A stretch of DNA of 64,000 nucleotides, taken from contig CM097882.1 in the NCBI GenBank assembly GCA_044892505.1, positions 562,030,001 to 562,094,000 on the forward strand, in the 5' to 3' direction. A program made the translations under genes and the position numbers. This DNA is from Schmidtea nova (taxonomy: Eukaryota). Below, piece by piece: positions 47,700-61,313 of the stretch (the first letter of the stretch is position 1; each line of letters opens with the position of its first letter). The notes beneath the pieces were generated by a model, which did not search any database, had not been told where the DNA came from, and was given only the letters and a program-made list of their open reading frames with translations.

Positions 47700-48960
47700 T
47701 AATTATTTCAACCGAATTTCGCTATTCATTGCCCGAATTTCTCTTCCTTGAATGAGAGTCATTCTTTAAGTTTCCTAGACACAATGCCTGTACTTTCTGT
47801 TGCACGCATTTTGCTTTCTTCATTGCAATTGAAATTACCCTTTAAATATTTCTTTACATGACTGAATCATTGTATTTACTGTATCACTCATATTTGGCCA
47901 ATAATATTCTTGCCTGAGTGCCGATAATATTTTTTCAATATCTATGTGTCCCATGAATTAACGAATTTTTTTCACGATATATTTTCTTCTATGGACTGAT
48001 ATTATTAATTTATATACCTCGTTCTTACATGAAAAAATAATCCACTTTTAAACATAAATTATTTTTAAATTTCCAAATTTCCTTGATTTCTTAGGTTTTA
48101 TTATCAATTCACTCATATATATTTCTGGATCATTGTCTTTCTTTCCTAAGATGTTTATAATTCATTTCATTTTAGGATCTTGTTGTTGTTCCCAATTTTC
48201 TTTTACATCGACAACTTGGCATAGTATTCTTTTTGAATTTTGATAACTGGTTGTTGAAATATTTTCTGACAAACCCATTTGTATACTTTTGCATTTCTTC
48301 GTTTCTTCAGTTCATTGTGTTATATAAAGCATTTTCTCGGATGGTGGTATTTCCTTTTAGATCGACAACTTTATAACCAATAGTTTCTTCCTTGTTATAC
48401 AATACTTAAATTTAAATTTTGCCATTATTTTAGAAGCATATTCAATAACTCTTTCTATTCCAATTTGTTTTTTAAATAATACAGTACCAATACTTTTGGA
48501 TATGTATCTGTACCAACAATGAACCAGCCTTTATTAACCGGCAAAGCCAAAATGGTTGGTTCTCAAATTTATTTTCCAGTTCTTGAAATGCGAATTTTCT
48601 TTCATCATTCCAAAAGAAATCACTATTTATATTTAACATAGCACTCAATTTCGCCGATGTTTTATCACAGTTCTGAAAAAACTTTCGATAGTAATTACAA
48701 AAGCTTCTAATTCTTTTTTTACAGTTACATATTTCCTATTTTTACATATAATTTTTTTGTACTCCTTTTAAATTTATTAAGTGACCCAAATAGTTAATCT
48801 ATGTTTTTAAAAATTTTCATTTACTTTAATCCAAAATCTTTGATGCATTTAAAGACTTTTGTTATTTTATGGATGTGGTCTTTAATCGACTTTCAAAAAT
48901 AAGTTTATCACCTAAATAAATTACATTATCTTTCCAATTTTCACTTCATTGTACTACATA
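47700..48960 (-). mobile_element. Highly decayed Gypsy pol fragment (RT/RH/IN)
   Basis: Remnants VNYYRKF and MGHIDIEKILSALRQEYYWPNMSDTVNTMIQSCKE (integrase zinc-finger region). Confidence 0.7.
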
Positions 48961-49093
48961 TCAATTTTTGAAAAGTAGCTGGTAAATTCGTTGTTAAATT
49001 TCGAATATCATACAGTTATTTTATCCAAATGCCCAAAATTTTGAGTAATGCTTATAAGTCATGTCCTACTAATATTTTTCTTATTTAAATGTA

Positions 49094-49303
49094 TTGACAA
49101 GAAAAAGCAATTGTATTTATGAACCAATAATATTCCTCGGTTTGAGAGTGCCTAAATTTAATATTTTATGTGTTAATGTATTTACCAGTGGTAAAATAGT
49201 TATTCTTGGAATAAAAAATTTAGAACATCATGCTTTGGTTGATGAAATTGTAAATTACATAAAATCAATTATTATTGATACTATGTTTATGACAGATGCA
49301 TAA
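49094..49303 (+). pseudogene. Single-repeat TBP-like fragment
   Basis: YEPIIFLGLRV...VNVFTSGKIVILGIK resembles the TBP repeat YEPELFPGL...LLIFVSGKVVLTGAK. Confidence 0.6.
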
Positions 49304-52300
49304 TTTCTAGCTTTTGCTTGATATTGAATAATTGTTTTATAAAATAAAAATGTCATTACAATTTGTTTGTTTATAATTAGAAATTATATTAGTTTTCCAA
49401 GGGACTTGTTATTATTTCAACTGTGAAATTCATGTTTAATTATTACTTTTATCGTAACTTTTAATTAAAATAATAATATTACAATGTAAATATTAATGTA
49501 AATATTAATTGTTAGTTATTTGATTAATAGTTGATTATTTAATTATTAGGTATTTATTGATTGATGGGTAGTTATTTTGTAACTGGTTATAAATTTGAAA
49601 AATTATCAATTCTATATTGAATGTAATAAACTTTTAATTCGAATTTATTACGTTTGTTTTCTTACTTAATGAATTTAATTTGATTCTTTTAATTTTTTTG
49701 TACAATGACTATTGTGACTAAACAAATAATCATCGATAACAACAAAATTTTATTTGAAAGAAAATATATTGGTGCTGCGTTTTTCTTTTGTTGTTCGAAC
49801 TCGATCTTGAATTGCATTGCTTTTCGAATTTTCTTCTTACTTTTTTGTGAATTCTCTATTGTGCCAGTACTTTACGTNNNNNNNNNNNNNNNNNNNNNNN
49901 NNNNNNNNNNNNNNNNNNNNNNNNNNNNNNNNNNNNNNNNNNNNNNNNNNNNNNNNNNNNNNNNNNNNNNNNNNNNNNNNNNNNNNNNNNNNNNNNNNNN
50001 NNNNNNNNNNGACGGAGGCACTACAATAGCCCCCGCCGAAGTACGCGGAGCGTATGGGAAATACGATAACGGGCAATCAAGGGTCGGAGTGGAAATTGAG
50101 ATGGTAGTCTGGAGATACTGTGGAGGACGGCGGATGCGGTTGTGCGAAGATAGATCGCTAAATGGTTCGGCTTGTGGATACTCTGTGGATACTCCGCTTG
50201 AGAAATTGGGTGTGTTGTGCCATCCGAGCAGTACGAACAGCAGAGATTTGTTCTAGCCAGAGCAAGATGCGAGAATTCGAAGTGACGTCTTGATGGTGCG
50301 GTGAGCGCGTTCGAAGAAGCTGTTGGTCTGTGGGTGATAAGCCGAAGTTCTTAGGTGTTTAATGTAAAGGGCGTTTGTAATATATTTTAATAGTTCTGAT
50401 TCGAAATAGCGGCTTTGGTATGTGATAATGGTTGTGAGGATACCGTAACGGGAGAACCAGATAGAGGCTAGAAAGTTTATGAGAGTAGGTGCTGTGATAT
50501 AGGGTTTAAGGACTGCTTCAAACCAACGTGTCTTACGATCTATCGTGGTTAGGAGTAAGGAAAACCCGTCGTCTGCTGGGAGGGGTCCTACTAGGTCAAT
50601 GTGCAGAATGTCGAAGCGGGAGCCGGTAAGGAAAGGGGTGAGCGGTAGTTTGACGTGCTTATTAACTTTATGTTGTTGACAGCCTTGGCACTCATTTACC
50701 CATTGTTTGACATCTATGAATAGGGCGTACCAGGTGACTTTCTGTCGGAGTAGTACGTAGGTGGATTTAATGCCGCGGTGATGAAGGTTTTGGACAGCGA
50801 GAAACGCTTCTTTGCGGAGTGATTCGTGTAGTATGAGGGCGCAGAGTGTTGTTGAAGGATGTGTCATAATGTACGCCGTTGATGAGTTTGTGTGAGTCTT
50901 TGAACCTAGAAATGTCGTTCTCGGAGGGTTGCGTAGAAGCTAGGGTGTCTAGTTAGAAGATGGAGAAGAAGGATATTGAGTTTAAGATCGCGCGTGAAAA
51001 ATATTCTGCAATTCCGTTGTCACCTCCTGCGATGTGTTTGATCTCGAAAATAAAAGATAATAGAAAAGCGAGCTGACGGAATACCCTATTTGAAGGATCT
51101 TTCAAGGTGAGGCAGTGTAGGAGAGGTTTGTGGTCGGTGAATATTGTGAAATGTCTACCCTCTAAGAAGTGCCGGAGATGTTTAGCGGACAGCACAATGG
51201 CTAGTAGTTCTCTCTCGAAGGCGCTGTACCTTGTTTCTGCTAGTGAGTATTTCCGGGGAAAAATTTGATGGGGCGGGAAAGTCGTCTTTATTTTGGTGGA
51301 GAACCGCCCAGCTGCTATGTCTGAGGCGTTGGTGGCCTGATCTTTTTTGTCGGAGCATTTGATAATAACCTTTTTGGGGCCGTGATTGAGTGCTTATAGT
51401 GATGCGGTAATGTGGGACGAATTAGGGATAAATCTGTGGCAGAAGTTTATAGTTCCTAGAAAACTTCGAAGTTCTGTGACCGTGGACGGCTTTGAAAATG
51501 CACGGATAACATATAGTCTTTCTGGAAATGGTTCACATCCGTCTGCGGATTGTATGTTGCCTAGGAAGCGGATGCGCGACTTGAAAAACTGGCACTTATC
51601 AGGGATAATCTGGAGGTTGTTTTGTCGAGGACGTCAAATACCTGCATTAGATCTTTTGCATGCGAAGATTCGTCGGGGGAAGCGACAATGATGTCGTCTA
51701 GATAGGCGAATGTGTGTTAAGGTGTCGGAAGGTGAGATCCATGAAGCGTTGTATTATTTGAGTGGCGTTTCTGAGGCCAAATGACATGAAAAGGTATTTG
51801 AAGTTGCCAAAAGGGGTAGTGACTGCTGTCTTTGGAATATCATCTCGATTGACAGGGAACTAGTGGAATGCTTTGGCGAGGTCAATTGTGGAAAAAACTG
51901 TGTTCCCGGTAAAAAATGAAAACAGATCCTTGATGAGAGGCATTGGGTAAGCGTCGTGTATTGTGACGCTGTTCAATGTGCGAAAATCGTTAAAAGACGA
52001 AAGGAACCGTCTTTCTTTGTTACTACGTGAATAGGAGAAGCCCATGGGGAAGAGGTGGGTCGAATGATGCCCTTGTCTTCTAGCTCGGAAAATTTGAATT
52101 CCACGGCCTGTCGTTTATTAATAGCTATAGGTCAGGAACGAGCGTTTTGTGGTGTGCACGGGACGGAGGTGATGAAATGGACGGACTCTTTGCTAGGGAC
52201 GTGTGTGGTAGACTTGGTCAGAGGGTTCCGGAAATGTGTGACGATGACTGACTCTACATTGTCTGCTCTTAATGAGATTGTTGTTTGTTGTGTAACTATC

Positions 52301-52569
52301 GTGGAAACTGGCTGAGGGAGCTGATATGTTCTTCTGTTCTTACAGTAGATGTTCACTTCTTCGGTCGTAAAGAAATCGAGGCCTTGTATAGGAAATGTGG
52401 TATCAGCGATGTAGAAGGAGTGTGAGAAGAGTTTGGAAAAACCTGTAAGGTGAAACCGAATTGTTTTGTATCGGAGAATAGTATGTGCATGCTGTTCGCA
52501 GCTACGGCGGAGGATGAACAGTGTGTTCGCGACGAAGGTGGTAGGTAGTATTAAATATAATGAGCCTGT

Positions 52570-54078
52570 TGTAATGTTCTGTGGTCACACTAATCCATTC
52601 AATCAAAGAGTGTTTTGAAGTCTTTATTATTATGTCGATGTATTTGTTGTTTCATTGTATATTTTATACACCATAATAGCTCTCGTTAGTAATGTTTGGA
52701 TATTTTTTAACTGTATGTGTTTATTTGTGTCTGTTTGAATTAATAATTACTAATTTTGATTAAATAAACTAATCTGTTCGTTGATAATAATATTACATAC
52801 TTTGATTAGAGATGTTATAATCATTTAATGCCTTGTCTTATTTATATTTAATGTTGTGTAATTATCTATGTAAAAATTTTGTAATACTGAATATTTTGTT
52901 ATTTTTATAAATTAAAAGTTGTTTAAAAAATTATGTTAGCGGATACCACGCACTATAAATTGTAAAAATATATTAGTTTCTTGATATCATTTGTCTCACT
53001 ATCTAATAATGTTTGATCAATTTTTACTTTCAAATCAATTTGAATATTTTACTGCTAATTGTCCAGTTTAAGCAATTAATGATTTTATTACACAAAGAGG
53101 TCATTTACTTTTGGAGATCTCTGCCGTTGAAAATACGATTAAATTTTTCAATTTCATGATTAAAAATGTTTATAAATGGGAGCAACATGACTTATCTAAA
53201 GCAGTGGGAGAAATTAGACAAATATTAGAGAAGAGAAATGGCTTCTTGCAGACTGAATACAAAGCAGGTTATAATCAGCTGCATATCGCCGGCATCGATG
53301 GGGAGAAAGGAATGGTAAGATATATTCTGATGCGCAACCTGATCTCAATTAATGATTGCGAAGTACCCATCGGTACTCTACTTTATCTGTCGATAATAAC
53401 AACCAAAAGAACCCTCATTGACATATTTTCGATTGTGCACCAGGATTACTGTTCCTCCAATTCTGCTGGTGAGACAGTTTTCACAACATTCTTCAAACAG
53501 TTTACTGATAAAGAAGATGATTATTGTATCATTTGCAATGATGATAATAGTAAATACTGGTCAATAAAATCATGCTATGTTGCGACGACTCACCAGTATC
53601 TGCCTCAATTGAAATTATCCCCTGAAAGAACAATATTTATATACCGACATTCTATTTTCATAAACTGTATGGTCTTATCCGATAATAAATATTCCAAAAC
53701 GCTCAAATTTACCTCATTACAGTTAATAAACGATGACATTAAAGTGACATGCAACTATACTATTGATAAAATCTCTTGCGACGTACGTTCCCTGGAGCCA
53801 AATAAATACAATGTTCTGTCTACTTCAAAAATAACTATTTCCAAATATAGTCCGGTAGTTCAAATTCAAAATGAGAGTTCAATTCACAGTTTCAGTTCCC
53901 CGTACACAAATGCAGTTGCCAAGCAACACAACTTTAGACCACCGGAACACAACGAAGTATTATTAAATTTATTTGTAAGATTAAATAAAATTAAAAGCGA
54001 GGAAACAAAACTAAAATTGATGAATCGGCAACCACACTAAAAATCAGAATACCTTGGTGTGATTTCCGGTTCATCAAA
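52570..54078 (-). mobile_element. 1.5 kb solo-LTR-like insertion in the protease DTG codons of element C
   Basis: 5 bp TSD CCTGT (52565-52569 and 54079-54083); removing the insert restores LLIDTGSLYLILP. Minus strand reads (tt)TGATG...AATAAA...CATTACA. Confidence 0.75.
53009..54040 (+). pseudogene. Ankyrin-repeat ORF (ATG at 53009, one TAA at 53069, then 309+ open codons)
   Basis: INDFITQRGHLLLEISAVEN, GYNQLHIAGIDGEKGMVRYIL and INDCEVPIGTLLYLSII fit the ankyrin consensus; intronless. Confidence 0.65.
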
Positions 54079-56107
54079 CCTGTGTCTATAAGTAGTGTTA
54101 TGGGGCGTCGATCGGGTTGGCCGTATTCTTCTAACAGTTCTGCGTTGATTGTGAAGTTTCCGGCAATTCTGGGTAAGATTAGTGTAATGGCTGCCTTGTT
54201 TGTGGTGACGATGGGCATTGGGGGGGTGGTGCATGACATGTAATTTGTAGCGGCTGTGGTAGAACGTGCGTATTGCCTGCGCTGGCTTCGTTGTGAGAAG
54301 AAATAGGCAATGCTTGTGGTATTTTTAGTGGTGTTTTTGATGGTACTGTGAATGATATTGTTGGCGGTCATGTGGGTAATCCTGTGTGTAGTGTCTTTGT
54401 TGTTGTTCGTGTTAGTATTGTGCGAGGTGTGCTTGGTGGTGCTTGTGCTGTACAAAGTTTTGGTTTTAAGCAAGGTACTTGTAATGTAGACGGATCAACG
54501 TTAATTTCGGAAATTTTGTTTGCTTGCGGAGATGATATAATGTGTGTTGGACGTGGTTTGTTGTGAAAATTTTGAATCTCTGGTGGTAAGTAATCGGGGC
54601 ATCCAGAAATGTCCGATGATTGGGTTAGTTTTTTGAAGAATGAAGTCGTGTCTGCACCAGATGCATCCGTCGAGACAGGATCTGGCTTCTTTCTTGTAGA
54701 GGTGATGATGAATACACACTGGGATGATTGGATTCTGATGGGTACGGAATTCGGACGTGCAACCAATGCCGTATTTCTGTGCATGTTGTCTTAATCTGCT
54801 GTGGTAAAAGCAGATTAGTGTGGCGCTGATAATGGGTTGCATGTTTTGTGCGTGTGTTGTTGTTAGGTGATTGGGATGCTGTTTTTCATGTGATGGAGAA
54901 GTGTTGTTGAGATATCTTTCATCTGTCCGAGGGAAACGGCGGTGAGGTGTATGCGCTGCGTTAACGATAGGGGGTAGTGGAGGTGCTGCGTAAATATCTG
55001 CGTGGGGTTTATTTGGTTGCTGTGCGTGAATGCGGTCAGCGATCTTCATGAGCTGATATGGATCTTCAGAGTCAATCAATGCCAGCGAAGTTTGTAGATG
55101 GTAGGGGAGTGCAGAAAGGAATTGGTTGGTCAATAGAGGTGCGTTTTTAGAAAGATCGGGCCCTGGTGCATCGTTTGAACTAACTATTTCTCCCAAAAAG
55201 AGACATGCAAGAGACATACATTGCAATGTCGGTGTGTAGATCGGAGGTAACGGCGATTTCCCGTATTCTGCTATTAAAACGCGTGAGGATATAGGCTGGT
55301 AGTATCGGTGTGATTTTGACGAAAAAATCGTTATCGTGTGTTGGATCTAAGTTAGAATTATGGGTGTGTTTTGGAGTTAAAGGGCGCAAGAAAGGCGAGA
55401 TAGAGAAACCGGGAAGGTTAATTTTATAAATAAATTTATTAAATATTATATATAAAATTATGATAAATATAAATAAAATTTTATCAATATAAATATAATA
55501 AATAATACGTATTGCCATGTAATTTGCATCGGTGAACATAATATCATTCGGTTGGTTGCTTGAAATTGATGGTGCTGTGGTACAGTTAATTCCTGACATG
55601 TCGCTTTGGTGATTAGAAGCATCCGTACTCCTAGGAAAAATCGATTGAGATACTTGATGTTGTTGTTGGATTTGCATTTGTGCATTAACATTTAATGCTG
55701 CTCAATGTAGATAACTTATTTGGTGAACTTCCCGTTGTATAGACCCGTTATTGGTAGTATTAATGAGCAATTGTTGTTCATAATATGATTGGTATTGCGA
55801 AGCTACGATTACAAAATTGCCAGGCTGCTGATTAATCGTTGATTGAGGAAGCATAGAATTTTGATGTATCTGAAACATCGGACTGTAGTTATGCTTTTGA
55901 AAGTGGCCAGTTCTGACACTAATTATCGTGACTGAACAAATAATCATCGATAACAACAAGATTTTATTTGAAAGAAAAACTATTGGTGCTGCGTTTTTCT
56001 TCTGTTGTTCGAACTCGATCTTGAATTGCATTGCTTATTGAATTTTCTTCTTACTTTATTATGGATTCTCTATTGTTCCAGTACTTTACGTGATTCAAAC
56101 AATTCTG

Positions 56108-56157
<50 letters not shown>

Positions 56158-56183
56158 TATTTTTAATTTAATATATATGTATA

Positions 56184-59100
56184 AGTTAGATATTTAAATT
56201 TACTGGTGTTTTAATAATCAAGTATTTTGGCACTTTTTATAAAATTTTAATTGAAATAAATCTATGAAGGAAGTTCAGTCTTTTAAAACCGAGTTTGATT
56301 TAACTGGCGACCACGCCGAAAATTAGAATGTCAATGCAATTTCGAAATCAACAAAGACGTTAATAGAATGCCTACCAAAATCATGCCAAGATATGCTCAC
56401 GCTGAATATCAGACGATATTATGGACGAGGATCGAAAGAAGCAGAAGAATGGATCAGAGACATAGAAGAATGGCTGATGACAAATGGACAGCAATTGACA
56501 AGCACCTTCGATGTGTTATTAGTGGCAGAAGCTAAGACATTGTGGGGAAACGTCAGAGAATTAGAAACAACAGATGTGAAAGCCAAAACTTGGTTCTTAA
56601 ATACGTTCACAATTACGAAATCAATAACTGACAAAATCAGAGAATTGGCAGTTCTGGAACAGGAATATGATGAACGGTTTGCAGCTTTCAAGATTCGATT
56701 AAGGAAAGCTTTAGCTGAAGTTATAAATTCAGGACGATCAGAAGAAGATATTGTTCAAGATCTCATCGCAAATAAAGTACGCGATACGAGATTGAGGGAG
56801 ATATTATTAACGAAACCAGAAACAAAAATTGAAGAAACGAGATCATTGACGAAGATTTTTGAGAGTCACCAAAAGGGAAGCAATAAAACTGAATTTATTA
56901 AAGCAATTGGTAAAAGAACATATGCCAGCGTGATTGAGGGAGGGCAAATGAGAATTCAACAGAATACTCAAGATACCAGACCTACACCATCACAAAGAAG
57001 ACAATCAGAAGACCTATTTAGTCATCACAAACGAAGAAGAGACGAACATCCGATACAATTCGAAGACAATAACCGCGGTCGACGAGAACAATTCCCAAAA
57101 GAACAATTTTTGAGAAATGTGAGAATCCAAGATGGCTCAGAAAGGAAACTGCCAACAATTTCCATGAAGAATATAGCAAGAAGGATTTATAACGAAAGTA
57201 GAGGACTACCACAAGCACCGGCTCCAAAATTAACAGTAGGTTATTGTTTTTGCTGTGGCGAAAGGGGACACAAAAGATATGAGTGCCCACTGGGAAATAA
57301 ATTCCTGATATGTGGTAAAGAGGGACACGGATTCCGAGATTGTTTTTCGTTACGGAAAGAGGTGCCCCGTCGATATCAAAGAATAGCGTGCATAGAAGAA
57401 GAAGATTCCAAATCTGAAAGAAGAGATTACACCGAAAACAGCCAAGATTTCAGAATGGCTCACAGCGATATGGAAGATAGATACAATGTTCCTGAAAAGT
57501 ATACTACATTGAGAGAAGACGGAAAAAACATCAGCGACTCCATGGGTTTCATTTCGTCGGTGGAGTCAAGACAATAAATTATGAAAGAAGAAATGAGCGA
57601 AGAAGAGACCAGGCAGAAGAAGAGATGTATCAGACGAAGGATGGAAAAAATTGGAGTAAAATAATGTTGAATAATACAGAAGTAGAGATGTTATGGGATT
57701 CTGGAGCGCCAGTAACAGTCATGAGCAAGAATCTGTGGGTGGTTATAGGCAAACCAGACCTTCAACGTAGTACTATATTATTATGCGGGGTATTTTCAAC
57801 TGGAGGTGAAGAGGCAATGGGATATATGAATATATCGGCCACATGGAATTAGAAGACCAAAATTATCACAGTAGTGGTTATAAAAGAGATCAAGCCCGAA
57901 TTCATAGGGGTTATTGATACAATGAAAGAGTTTGGAGTAAAGTTAGTGAAGATCAATAATATAGAAACCTCCTACATAAATAAATTCCACACTGATGAAG
58001 AAAGAATAAATAAAGCACTGATGGCAATGGCAAGTGAGGATAATCAAGACATTGAAGGAATGATTAGGAAATACGGCGGAATCTTTATGGCGTCAAAATT
58101 TGATTTGGGATTTACAAATTTAGTTTGACTTGAGATGCGGATAACAGGAGGCCCAATAATGCAACATCCTCGACGTCAACCAATGCACATGGAGAAAAAG
58201 ATTGAAGAACTGATAAAAGAATTAATAAAAGCAAATGTTATTCGGTGTTGCAAGAGTCCTTGGAATGCCCCGTTAGTTATAGTAGGGAAGAAAGATGGAT
58301 CCATCAGGATGTGTGTAGACTATCGTGGATTGAATGCCATAACAGAAAAGGAATCATTTCCGATGCCTAATACCAAATTCTTACTAGACTGTCTTGCAAA
58401 TGCTAAAATATTTTCGTCAATTGATTTAGGCCAGGCATACTATCAAGTAGAGTTGGCCCCAGAAATTCAAGAAATGACTACATTCAGTACAAGAGAAGGA
58501 CAATTTTGCTTTAACAGACTACCGTTTGGCCTAGCAACAGCTCCTGCGACATTCCAGAGACTGATGCACAAAGTACTAGAAGGAATGCTTTTCAAAGGAG
58601 TAGTTGTTTATTTAGATGATATTTTGATTTATGGGAAAAGTCAAAAAGACCACGACGAGCTACTAGGGGAAATATTTAGAAGAATTCAAATGGCAGGACT
58701 GAAGATAAATCCAGAAAAATGCGAATTCAATAAAACAGAATTGTGTTTCCTTGGGCACACAGTTAACGAGAAGGGTATCCAGACAAACAGAAAGAAAGTT
58801 GAAGAGATCGAGAAAGCAGAAATACCAAAATGTTCAAAGCAATTAAGATCGTTTCTCGGATTAACGAACTACTATAGAAGATTCATTAAAGACTATGCCA
58901 GAATCGCAGAACCACTATATGCCGCAACATCAAGATGCGATAAAGATATAATTTGGACTAAAGAATGCAATGAGAGTTTTCAAACACTGAAGGAACGGTT
59001 GTGCGAGACACCTATCCTTGATTATCTAAGAGAAGATAGGACATTTTTCTTAGACACAGACGCTAGCTTTGGAGCTATTGGTGCAGTTTTGAGCCAACTT

Positions 59101-60816
59101 AAAGAAGATGGAGAAGAATCTGTTATAGCATATGGTTCGAGATATATGATATCACATGAAAAGGGTTACTGTGTAACCAGGAAAGAACTGCTCGCTGTAC
59201 ATGAGTATGTCATACATTTTAGAGAATATCTTTACGGAAAGAAATTCATAATTCGCAAAGCCAAGGTTTTCATGAACATTACAAAAACACCAATCAGTCC
59301 ACAGTTTCAAACATGGTTAGCTAACCTGTCTGAATATGATTTTGAACTAAAATATCGGAAAGGTGAAGAACATTCGAATGCAGATGGACTATCAAGATTA
59401 AAAAGTTTGATTTGTTCCCAGTGTCAAACAAGACATGAAGATGCCAAAGAAGGAAAGTCAAAAATCAGATATATATATATATATATATACTATCCAAAGA
59501 ACAGAAGCTATGGAAAAAGTATTGGAGCAACAGCCGAAGGACATTAGGTTTCAAGACTTACGAGAGATATTCGAAAATGGATGCGCACGGGGAAAAAAGA
59601 ATTGTTTCCAATTATTACGTAAAAAATACAAGAATTGATGGAGGATTAATAACAGTAGAAAAGAACGAAAATATTTTGATGTTAGTTCCAGAAACCTTTG
59701 CAGGCTTATTAACAACAAACCTACATGAAGAATTATGTCATATTGGAGTTAAGAAATTATTCCATTAAATGGAAAAGATATTTTATTGGCCGAAGATGCA
59801 AGAAAGAATTCAGCTCTGTTTACAATGTTGCGATATCTGCTCTAAGAGAAAGATCGATCAGACAAGAACCAAAGAAATATTTATCCCTAGATGTAGTTCT
59901 GAATTCCTAGAACAGATTGTTATGGATGTGGCCTACATGGAGAAAAACACCATTAAAGATATATGTTACTAATGGTGGACCGTTTTAGTTAATTGATTTC
60001 TTTGACCGCAAATCACGAAACAAGACGAAGGAACAATTATCAAAACTATACTTAACAGTTGGATCTATCGATTTGGAAAACCAAAGAGCATTTTAACAGA
60101 TAGAGGACGCAATTTCTAAGGGAATTCTCTAAGGCAGAGACTACAGAAACTTGAAATTAAACTGGAATTTAGCTCACCTTACCAGCAGCAATCAAATGGA
60201 TTAGCCGAACGAGCCATACGAACGGTAAGAGATCTTATTACAGCGACATTGACAGGTGGGTGTGAAGAGAGAAACTGGCATGAACTTTTACCTAGAATAG
60301 AGTTCAGTAAATATAGTAGCCGGCAGAGTGCTACAGGTCTATCACCATTTGAGATAATTAACCTACATTGAGTTAACCTACATTCAAACCTGAAACAAGC
60401 AGATATTTCAAGAAGCGAATGGATAGAAGACGCAAAATACAACTCGAGTAAAGCCGCAGACACTATGGAGCTATGGATAAGGCAAAGAGAGGCACTCGTG
60501 TTTTTGAGGTGGGGGAGGAGGTACTCGTACGCAAAGAACCGCAGAACAGGCACAAGGATGGTATGCAGTACGATGGACCACATAAAATCATCAGATTTCT
60601 ATCACCTCATCGAGTTGAACTACATTCGCAAGAAGGAACGAAAGAAAGAAGAATCGAGTGGCTGAAGAAGTGGAACAGTTCTTAAGAAGGAGAGAGTTAG
60701 ATATTTAAATTTACTGGTGTTTTAATAATCAAGTATTTTGGCACTTTTTATAAAATTTTAATTGAAATAAATCTATGAAGGAAGTTCAGTCTTTTAAAAC
60801 CGAGTTTGATTTAACT
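56184..60816 (+). mobile_element. Element B: full-length Ty3/Gypsy element with identical 122 bp AGTTA...TAACT LTRs
   Basis: LTRs 56184-56305 and 60695-60816; 5 bp TSD GTATA; PBS TGGCGACCACG (tRNA-Arg-like); PPT aagaaggagag; protease WDSGA, RT YLDD, RH DTDASF, decayed IN. Confidence 0.95.
56393..57577 (+). CDS. Gag of element B (394 aa)
   Basis: Capsid-like N-terminus; zinc knuckles CFCCGERGHKRYEC and (F)LICGKEGHGFRDC. Confidence 0.88.
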   Translation: MLTLNIRRYYGRGSKEAEEWIRDIEEWLMTNGQQLTSTFDVLLVAEAKTLWGNVRELETTDVKAKTWFLNTFTITKSITDKIRELAVLEQEYDERFAAFKIRLRKALAEVINSGRSEEDIVQDLIANKVRDTRLREILLTKPETKIEETRSLTKIFESHQKGSNKTEFIKAIGKRTYASVIEGGQMRIQQNTQDTRPTPSQRRQSEDLFSHHKRRRDEHPIQFEDNNRGRREQFPKEQFLRNVRIQDGSERKLPTISMKNIARRIYNESRGLPQAPAPKLTVGYCFCCGERGHKRYECPLGNKFLICGKEGHGFRDCFSLRKEVPRRYQRIACIEEEDSKSERRDYTENSQDFRMAHSDMEDRYNVPEKYTTLREDGKNISDSMGFISSVESRQ

Positions 60817-61313
60817 GTATATATTTAATATATTACAATATAAAGATATATATGACGGAGGCACTACAATGTCAATAACTTTCTTTGATTTTTCATTGAC
60901 AACTTACTCATTTTGTTATTTTTTACTAACAAATAATTGTATAAGTGCAAACCAATTTGGTTTGATTTTGACCATTGAGTGTTGTTTTTATTAGGTAAAT
61001 AAGGATTACATTTTTATTATTAGTAATTTAATTAAAAATATATTTATTTATTTAAGTACTGACTAAATAATTAATTTTATTTAAAAATGTACAGACATTT
61101 ATTAGTAAGTGATTAGTTGATTGATAGGTAGTATATATTGATACCATTGTTATTTTGATGACTTTTTGAAAATTGATGATTGTGTAGAACTATTTCTTAG
61201 TTTTTGTGGTAATTTTATGCGTGTAGAGTGAATTGATAGTTGATTGGTAGCAGGTTAATATGAAGAACTTGTTATTTAATGTTTATAATTAGTTGGTTAA
61301 CGAGTTCTTGATT

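Larger units (their letters stand above)
49713..60868 (-). mobile_element. Element C: CsRn1-like Ty3/Gypsy retrotransposon, decayed, with two nested insertions
   Basis: LTRs TGTAGTGCC...GTCAC(A/G) at 50025-49713 and at 60868-60817 plus 56183-55927; PPT ggcgggggctat; gag CFYH..C motif, [35 protein letters not shown], integrase (50253-50867). No matching TSD. Confidence 0.85.

Noticed and set aside
49705-50256. ORFs spanning N runs or LTR sequence (also 9512-9697, 12220-12444, 55702-56031)
   Set aside because: Artefacts of gaps or non-coding LTR DNA.
53069-53071. In-frame TAA codons suggesting a non-standard genetic code (also at about 63876)
   Set aside because: PAF1 terminates with TAA and host exons contain no internal TAA; these are pseudogene lesions.
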